DNA from: a virus
Lineage: Duplodnaviria; Heunggongvirae; Uroviricota; Caudoviricetes
Length of the DNA: 19,305 nucleotides
Virus record (IMG/VR): IMGVR_UViG_3300029828_000038
Span: 1 to 19,305 of that record
Reading direction: 5' to 3' (one strand)
Part shown: piece after piece, positions 13,291 to 19,305 of the stretch
Numbering within the stretch: position 1 is the stretch's first letter
Layout of the letters: every line of letters starts with the position of its first letter
The notes under the pieces: generated by a model
What the model was told of the DNA's origin: nothing
Seen by the model: the letters and a program-made list of their open reading frames with translations, nothing else
The model's database searches: none
Translations under genes and position numbers: made by a program

Positions 13291-16200
13291 ATGAGTGTGG
13301 CGACATTACGTGAACTGATTATTAAAATCTCGGCAAATTCCCGGTCATTCCAGTCAGAGATCTCCCGGGCTTCGCGTATGGGGCAGGATTACTACCGTAC
13401 CATGCAGAACGGAGGCCGGCAGTCCGCTGCTGCATCCCGTGAAATGCGGCGTGCACTGGCAGAAGTGACGGATCAGATAAATACAGCTAAATCTTCGGCA
13501 CTGAATATGGCGGGGGCATTTGCCGGAGCTTTTGCTACCGGTCATCTTATTTCTCTCGCCGATGAGTGGAATTCAGTAAATGCCCGTCTGAAGCAGGCTT
13601 CACAGTCCAGTGATGATTTTCAGGTATCACAACGTGAATTAATGGCAATCAGCCAGAGAACGGGAACGGCGTTTTCTGATAACGCCAGCCTTTTTGCCCG
13701 CTCTGCAGCTTCCATGCGGGAGTATGGCTACAGTTCTGAGGAGGTACTGAAAGTCACCGAGGCGATCTCCACGGGCCTGAAATTATCCGGTGCCAGTACA
13801 GCAGAAGCCAGTTCGGTGATCACGCAGTTCAGTCAGGCACTGGCGCAGGGAGTGCTGCGCGGTGAAGAATTTAACTCTGTGAATGAGAACGGCGATCGTG
13901 TTATTCGTGCGCTGGCTGCGGGAATGGGTGTTGCCCGTAAGGATCTGAAGGCCATGGCGGATAACGGAAAACTGACCGCCGATAAGGTTGTTCCTGCACT
14001 GATTAGTCAGCTTGGGGCGTTGCGTGATGAATATGCAGCAATGCCTGATACTGTTTCATCCTCTGCAACCAAAGTTGAAAACGCCTTTATGGCCTGGGTT
14101 GGTGGTGCGAACGAGGCAAGCGGAGTGACAAAGACACTCACCGGGGTGTTGAATGGTGTTGCAGACAATATTGATACCGTGGCTGCTGCAGCTGGCGCAC
14201 TGGTTGCCGTCGGGGTAGCCCGATATTTTGGCAATATGGCGTCGTCTGCTGGATCTGCAACTGCCGGATTAATTACTGCAGCCAGAAACGAAGTGGCTCT
14301 TGCTGAAGCGCAACTTCGGGGGACACAGATAGCAACCGCCAGGGCGCGTGCGGCGGTTTATCGTGCGCAACAGGCGGTTGTTGCTGCTCGCGGTACCGAA
14401 AGGCAGGCCGCAGCAGAAGCGAAGCTGACAGCTGCCCAGGCGTCACTTACCCGTAATATTGCGGCCAGAACAGCGGCACAGACAACGCTGAATACTGTCA
14501 CGTCAGTGGGGAGTCGTCTGTTAAGTGGTGCGCTGGGGTTGGTTGGTGGTGTGCCGGGACTCGTCATGCTGGGGGCGACGGCCTGGTACACGATGTATCA
14601 GAATCAGGAGCAGGCCAGAGAATCTGCACGCCAGTATGCCGCAACAATCGACGAAATTCGCCAGAAAACGTCGGCAATGTCGCTTCCTGAAGCGTCAGAT
14701 AATGAGGAAAAGACGCGGCAGGCACTTGATGAGCAAAACAGGTTAATTGACGAGCAGAAAAGTAAGATTAAATCCTTACAGGAAAAAATTGCTGGCTATC
14801 AGTATGTGCTGGCAAACCCGGGCTGGACAACCGATAACGGTTTTATGATTAACCACATGACGTCGGTAAAAACTGTCACAGAAGGGCTTGCAGAAGCAAC
14901 AAATCAACTGGCAGTTGAACAGTCCCGTCTCACACAAATGCAGGGCAAAGCGCAATCCATTCAGGATGTGCTTGCCGGGCTGGAGGAGCGACGGGTGGCG
15001 TTGATCCGTCAACAGGCCGCGGAACAAAACAAAGCGTATCAGTCCCTGTTGATCATGAATGGGCAGCATACCGAGTTTAATCGCCTTCTCGGGCTCGGTA
15101 ATGAATTACTTCAGCAGCGACAGGGGCTGGTGAATGTACCGTTACGGCTACCACAGGCAACCCTGGATGATAAACAGCAGACCGCACTGAATAACAGCGA
15201 GCGCGAACTGGCTCTGTCCCGCCTGAAGGGGGAAGCCCGTGAGCGTGCCCGCCTGGGTTATGCTGCGGATGATCTCGGCTTTGTGGGAGAGGCGTATCAG
15301 ACAGCCAGACAGAATTATATCAATAACTCACTGGATGCCTGGCGAAATAACCAGGCAAATAAACCCAAAGCGCATAAAAAGACCGAAGCGGAAAAAACAG
15401 AAGATATTTATAAACGGCTGATTAAACAGCAAAAAGAACAAATAGCACTGGCAGGGCAGAATACTGAACTGGCTAAGATGAAATATCAGGTCAGTCAGGG
15501 CGAATTATCAACCCTGTCAGAAGCGCAGAAAAAAACGCTTTTGCAGAATGCAGCACTCATCGACCAGAAAAAGATTCGTGAGCAGCTTGCTGCGTATGAG
15601 AGCAGTCTGGCGGACAGTAATGCCAGTGCCCGGGCATCTGACGACGCGCAGTTGCTGGGATATGGTGAAGGCTCACGGATGCGTGAACGACTCCAGGAAA
15701 TGTGGAGTATCCGGCAGACGTTTGAGCAGAAAAATAACGAACTGCTGAGACAGTATCAGGCCGGAGAAATTGAAGAAGCCCTGTGGAAACAGGAGAAAGA
15801 ACTGAATAAAAAATATCTGGAAGAGCGTCTCAGCGATCAGCAGGATTATTATGCAAAGGCCGATGCTTTACGTAATAACTGGAATGCCGGACTCCAGGAA
15901 GGACTGACCAACTGGGCAGACAGTGCCACCGATTATGCTTCACAGGCGGCAGATGCTGTCGTTTCCACGATGGACGGGCTGGTATCAAATATTTCCGATG
16001 CACTGGCCGGGAATGTTGTGGAGTGGAGGAACTGGGGGAGTTCAGTTCTCCGGGAAGTTTCAAAAATTCTGATGAATGCAGCCATTGTTAACGGACTGAA
16101 ATCACTCTCCGGTGCCGGAGGGTGGCTTGGTACGGTCGGCGGATGGATTTCGGGGGCGGTGGCAAACGCAAAAGGTGGTGTTTACACATCGGCAAATCTG

Positions 16201-16524
16201 AGTGCTTACAGTAACACTATTGTGGATACACCGACGTATTTTGCTTTTGCGAAAGGTGCCGGGCTGATGGGTGAGGCCGGGCCTGAAGCTATCATGCCAC
16301 TGACACGGGCAGCGGACGGCTCTCTTGGGGTCAGAGCCATTGGCAATGTGAATGGTGGCGGTGGATTTGTTTATTCTCCCGTGTATCACATCAGCATTCA
16401 GAATCAAGGGAGCAATGGCGAGATAGATACGCGCTCAGCCAGGGGACTGGTGGATCTGATCGACAGCAGGGTTGTGTCAATTATGCAGTCATCGCGTCGG
16501 GATGGAGGATTATACAGTGCCTGA
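13291..16524 (+). CDS. Tail tape measure protein (1077 aa)
   Basis: Very long Ala/Gln-rich helical protein downstream of the G/GT chaperone. C-terminal region resembles lambda gpH (…WADSATDYASQ…, …RRDGGLYSA). Confidence 0.9.
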   Translation: MSVATLRELIIKISANSRSFQSEISRASRMGQDYYRTMQNGGRQSAAASREMRRALAEVTDQINTAKSSALNMAGAFAGAFATGHLISLADEWNSVNARLKQASQSSDDFQVSQRELMAISQRTGTAFSDNASLFARSAASMREYGYSSEEVLKVTEAISTGLKLSGASTAEASSVITQFSQALAQGVLRGEEFNSVNENGDRVIRALAAGMGVARKDLKAMADNGKLTADKVVPALISQLGALRDEYAAMPDTVSSSATKVENAFMAWVGGANEASGVTKTLTGVLNGVADNIDTVAAAAGALVAVGVARYFGNMASSAGSATAGLITAARNEVALAEAQLRGTQIATARARAAVYRAQQAVVAARGTERQAAAEAKLTAAQASLTRNIAARTAAQTTLNTVTSVGSRLLSGALGLVGGVPGLVMLGATAWYTMYQNQEQARESARQYAATIDEIRQKTSAMSLPEASDNEEKTRQALDEQNRLIDEQKSKIKSLQEKIAGYQYVLANPGWTTDNGFMINHMTSVKTVTEGLAEATNQLAVEQSRLTQMQGKAQSIQDVLAGLEERRVALIRQQAAEQNKAYQSLLIMNGQHTEFNRLLGLGNELLQQRQGLVNVPLRLPQATLDDKQQTALNNSERELALSRLKGEARERARLGYAADDLGFVGEAYQTARQNYINNSLDAWRNNQANKPKAHKKTEAEKTEDIYKRLIKQQKEQIALAGQNTELAKMKYQVSQGELSTLSEAQKKTLLQNAALIDQKKIREQLAAYESSLADSNASARASDDAQLLGYGEGSRMRERLQEMWSIRQTFEQKNNELLRQYQAGEIEEALWKQEKELNKKYLEERLSDQQDYYAKADALRNNWNAGLQEGLTNWADSATDYASQAADAVVSTMDGLVSNISDALAGNVVEWRNWGSSVLREVSKILMNAAIVNGLKSLSGAGGWLGTVGGWISGAVANAKGGVYTSANLSAYSNTIVDTPTYFAFAKGAGLMGEAGPEAIMPLTRAADGSLGVRAIGNVNGGGGFVYSPVYHISIQNQGSNGEIDTRSARGLVDLIDSRVVSIMQSSRRDGGLYSA

Positions 16525-16858
16525 GCCTGAAGTTTTTAACTGGATCCCCCGTGAGGGGATGGAGACGACACGAAAGCCATCAGTTATTACGGTAAAGTTT
16601 GGTGACGGATATGAACAGCGACGGGCTGGTGGTCTGAATGCGGATCTGAAAACGTTTAAACCGGTATTTCGTGTCACAGATGAATACTCCCGTGCCGCGC
16701 TGGACAGTTTTTTATCCCGTCATGCCGGGATTCGTGCTTTTTTGTGGCGTCCGCCAAAACACAACAGGACTGTCCGGGTTGTCTGCAGGGAGTGGAGCAT
16801 TTCGGATAATGCCATGTATACCGATTTTAACTGTACCTTTGAAGAGGTCACTCACTGA
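16517..16858 (+). CDS. M: Minor tail protein M (lambda gpM-like)
   Basis: GTG at 16517 with GGAGGA 7 nt upstream; the alternative start is ATG 16502. The product contains ...VKFGDGYEQRRAGGLNADLKTFKPVFRV...FLWRPP..., matching the lambda M signature. Its stop overlaps the L start (ATGA). Confidence 0.8.
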   Translation: MPEPEVFNWIPREGMETTRKPSVITVKFGDGYEQRRAGGLNADLKTFKPVFRVTDEYSRAALDSFLSRHAGIRAFLWRPPKHNRTVRVVCREWSISDNAMYTDFNCTFEEVTH

Positions 16859-17556
16859 TGCAGGATATACAGCAGGAAACACTCAATGAGTGCACTAAAA
16901 CGGAGCAATCCGCGCTGGTCGTGCTCTGGGAAATTGATCTGACAGAGGTCGGCGGAGATCGTTATTTCTTCTGTAATGAGCAGAACGAAAAAGGTGAAGC
17001 AGTCACCTGGCAGGGGCGGCAGTATCAGGCCTATCCCATTCAGGGAAGTGGATTTGAGATGAACGGTAAAGGAGCCAGTGCAAGGCCAACTCTGAAAGTC
17101 TCTAATCTGCACGGCATGGTCACAGGGATGGCGGAAGATCTGCAGAGTCTGGTCGGCGGAACGGTGGTCCGGCGTAAGGTTTACGCCCGTTTTCTGGATG
17201 CGGTGAACTTCGTCAACGGAAACAGCGAAGCCGATCCGGAGCAGGAGGTAATCAGCCGCTGGCGCATCGAGCAGTGCAGCGAACTGAGCGCGGTGAGTGC
17301 CTCCTTTGTACTGTCCACGCCGACGGAAACGGATGGCGCTGTTTTTCCGGGGCGCATCATGCTGGCCAACACCTGCACCTGGACCTATCGTGGTGATGAG
17401 TGTGGTTATAGCGGTCCGGCGGTCGCGGATGAATATGACCAGCCGACCTCCGATATCACGAAGGATAAATGCAGCAAATGCCTGAGTGGCTGTAAGTTTC
17501 GCAATAACGTCGGCAACTTTGGCGGCTTCCTTTCCATTAACAAACTTTCGCAGTAA
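16858..17556 (+). CDS. L: Minor tail protein L (lambda gpL-like)
   Basis: 232 aa, the same length as lambda L. MQDIQQETLNECTKTEQSALVVLWEIDLTEVGG... and the C-terminal Cys cluster (CTWTYRGDECGY...CSKCLSGC) are recognised from memory as near-identical to lambda gpL. Confidence 0.9.
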   Translation: MQDIQQETLNECTKTEQSALVVLWEIDLTEVGGDRYFFCNEQNEKGEAVTWQGRQYQAYPIQGSGFEMNGKGASARPTLKVSNLHGMVTGMAEDLQSLVGGTVVRRKVYARFLDAVNFVNGNSEADPEQEVISRWRIEQCSELSAVSASFVLSTPTETDGAVFPGRIMLANTCTWTYRGDECGYSGPAVADEYDQPTSDITKDKCSKCLSGCKFRNNVGNFGGFLSINKLSQ

Positions 17557-17560
17557 TCCC

Positions 17561-18304
17561 ATGACACAGACAGAATCAGCGATTCTGGCGCACGCCCGAC
17601 GATGTGCGCCAGCGGAGTCGTGCGGCTTCGTGGTGAGAACGCCGGAGGGGGAAAGATATTTTCCCTGCGTGAATATCTCCGGTGAGCCGGAGGCGTATTT
17701 CCGTATGTCGCCGGAAGACTGGCTGCAGGCAGAAATGCAGGGTGAGGTGGTGGCGCTGGTCCACAGCCACCCCGGTGGTCTGCCCTGGCTGAGTGAGGCC
17801 GACCGGCGGCTGCAGGTGCAGAGTGATTTGCCGTGGTGGCTGGTCTGCCGGGGGACAATTCATAAGTTCCGCTGTGTGCCGCATCTCACCGGGCGGCGCT
17901 TTGAGCACGGGGTGACGGACTGTTACACGCTGTTCCGGGATGCTTATCATCTGGCGGGGATTGAGATGCCGGATTTTCATCGCGGGGATGACTGGTGGCG
18001 TAACGGTCAGAATCTCTATCTTGACAATATGGAGGCGACGGGTTTTTACCGTGTCGCACTGACAGAGGCGCAGCCGGGCGATGTGCTGCTGTGCTGCTTT
18101 GGATCATCGGTGCCGAATCATGCCGCCATTTACTGTGGCGGCGGCGAGCTGCTGCACCATATTCCTGAACAACTGAGCAAACGAGAGAGGTACACCGACA
18201 AATGGCAGCGACGCACACACTCCCTCTGGCGTCACCAGGCATGGCACGCATCTGCCTTTACGGGGATTTACAACGATTTGGCCGCCGCATCGATCTGCGT
18301 GTGA
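17561..18304 (+). CDS. K: Tail tip assembly protein K (lambda gpK-like; MPN/JAMM plus NlpC/P60-like)
   Basis: ATG at 17561, 4 nt after the L stop. JAMM motif HSHPGGLPWLSEAD and a downstream Cys/His region. The canonical lambda K start corresponds to ATG 17705 here (MSPEDW...). The 103-nt overlap with I matches lambda. Confidence 0.75.
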   Translation: MTQTESAILAHARRCAPAESCGFVVRTPEGERYFPCVNISGEPEAYFRMSPEDWLQAEMQGEVVALVHSHPGGLPWLSEADRRLQVQSDLPWWLVCRGTIHKFRCVPHLTGRRFEHGVTDCYTLFRDAYHLAGIEMPDFHRGDDWWRNGQNLYLDNMEATGFYRVALTEAQPGDVLLCCFGSSVPNHAAIYCGGGELLHHIPEQLSKRERYTDKWQRRTHSLWRHQAWHASAFTGIYNDLAAASICV

Positions 18305-18849
18305 AAACGGGGGCCGAAGCCATCCGGGCGCTGGTCATGCAGATCCCGGCGTTTCGTCAGAAACTGAGCGACGGCTGGTATCAGGTACGCATTGCCGGGC
18401 GGGATACAGGCGAAAACGAATTATCTGCCCGTCTTAATGAGCCGCTGGCAAATGGTGCCGTGATCCACATCGTACCGCGTCTGGCGGGTGCCAAAAGTGG
18501 CGGTGTGTTTCAGGCAGTGCTGGGGGCTGCGCTGATTGCGGTGGCATGGTGGAACCCTGTGGGCTGGCTGGGTGCCGCGGCTGTATCGGGTATGTATGCA
18601 GCAGGGGCCAGTATGATCCTGGGCGGTGTGGCGCAGATGCTGGCACCGAAAGCCAGAACTCCCCGCACACAGGCAACAGATAACGGCAAACAGAACACCT
18701 ATTTTTCTTCGCTGGATAATATGGTTGCACAGGGTAATTCGCTGCCGGTGCTGTATGGCGAAATGCGCGTGGGGTCGCGGGTGGTTTCTCAGGAGATCAG
18801 CACGGCAGATGAAGGTGATGGTGGTCAGGTTGTGGTGATTGGTCGCTGA
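18202..18849 (+). CDS. I: Tail assembly protein I (lambda gpI-like)
   Basis: 215 aa. N-terminus MAATHTLPLASPGMARICLYGDLQRFGRRIDLRVKTG... and C-terminus ...GEMRVGSRVVSQEISTADEGDGGQVVVIGR match lambda I. Overlaps K by 103 nt. Confidence 0.85.
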   Translation: MAATHTLPLASPGMARICLYGDLQRFGRRIDLRVKTGAEAIRALVMQIPAFRQKLSDGWYQVRIAGRDTGENELSARLNEPLANGAVIHIVPRLAGAKSGGVFQAVLGAALIAVAWWNPVGWLGAAAVSGMYAAGASMILGGVAQMLAPKARTPRTQATDNGKQNTYFSSLDNMVAQGNSLPVLYGEMRVGSRVVSQEISTADEGDGGQVVVIGR

Positions 18850-18869
18850 TGAAAAACGTTTTATGTGAA

Positions 18870-18888
18870 ACCGCCCCCGGGCGGTTTT
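18870..18888 (+). terminator. Weak terminator-like hairpin between I and J
   Basis: ACCGCC-CCCG-GGCGGT (18870-18885) followed by only TTTT, so a weak terminator at best. Confidence 0.3.
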
Positions 18889-18908
18889 GTCGTTATGGAG
18901 CGTGAGAA

Positions 18909-19305
18909 ATGGGTAAAGGCAGCAGTAAGGGGCATACCCCGCGCGAAGCGAAGGACAACCTGAAGTCCACGCAGTTGCTGAGTGTGATTGATGCCATCAG
19001 TGAAGGGCCGATTGAAGGTCCGGTGGATGGATTAAAAAGCGTGCTGCTGAACAGTACGCCGGTGCTGGACACTGAGGGGAATACCAACATCTCCGGTGTC
19101 ACGGTGGTGTTCCGTGCCGGTGAGCAGGAGCAGACACCGCCGGAGGGGTTTGAATCCTCCGGCTCCGAGACGGTGCTGGGTACGGAAGTGAAATATGACA
19201 CGCCGATCACCCGGACCATCACGTCGGCAAACATCGACCGACTGCGCTTTACCTTCGGTGTGCAGGCTCTGGTGGAAACCACCTCAAAGGGGGACAGGAA
19301 TCCGT
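18909..19305 (+). CDS. J: Tail tip host-specificity protein J (lambda gpJ-like), N-terminal 132 codons; continues past the window end
   Basis: ATG at 18909, 59 nt after the I stop. Translation MGKGSSKGHTPREAKDNLKSTQLLSVIDAISEGPIEGPVDGLKSVLLNSTPVLDTEGN... matches the lambda J N-terminus. No stop before the window end, which is why it is absent from the ORF track. Confidence 0.9.
   Translation, partial: MGKGSSKGHTPREAKDNLKSTQLLSVIDAISEGPIEGPVDGLKSVLLNSTPVLDTEGNTNISGVTVVFRAGEQEQTPPEGFESSGSETVLGTEVKYDTPITRTITSANIDRLRFTFGVQALVETTSKGDRNP

Noticed and set aside
16852-17562. 236-aa minus-strand ORF antisense to the L gene, with similar antisense ORFs at 5981..6583, 4460..4954, 17406..17858, 17576..17980 and 18893..19282
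   Set aside because: They lie opposite confidently identified, tightly coupled + strand genes, have low-complexity Arg/Pro/Ala-rich translations and no RBS. Long antisense ORFs are expected in GC-rich coding DNA.
18861-18888. Strong intrinsic terminator between I and J
   Set aside because: The hairpin is followed by only four T residues. Retained only as a weak terminator-like element with low confidence.
1-19305. CRISPR arrays, insertion sequences, integrase or attachment sites
   Set aside because: No regularly spaced direct repeats, no transposase or integrase-like ORF, and no terminal inverted repeats were seen. The window is internal to the prophage late region.

Overview
This 19.3 kb window is the late region of a lambdoid prophage from an enterobacterium (probably Escherichia coli). 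All supported genes are on the + strand. Order: 3' part of a DNA methyltransferase; about 1 kb of non-coding DNA with terminators and tRNA-like debris; a TerB-like cargo gene with a coupled small membrane ORF that is not in the ORF track; a lysis cassette (two membrane proteins, a T5-Lys-like M15 endolysin, a small lipoprotein); a hypothetical gene; HNH endonuclease; probable cos region; terminase small (P27 family) and large subunits; a small two-helix membrane ORF; portal; prohead protease; major capsid; head-tail adaptor; head closure; HK97 gp10-family protein; tail terminator-like protein; major tail protein with Ig-like C-terminus; tail assembly chaperone with a -1 programmed frameshift (G/GT); tape measure protein; and lambda-type tail tip genes M, L, K, I and the start of J. 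The head module is HK97-like and the tail tip is lambda-like. Nothing here is proven to be a new system. The best candidates for undescribed biology are the TerB-like gene plus its coupled 50-aa membrane peptide, the 60-aa membrane peptide wedged between terminase and portal, a lysis cassette with no recognisable spanin pair, and a possible minus-strand small transcript in the non-coding region. All functional calls rest on motif and architecture recognition by eye; no database search was run.
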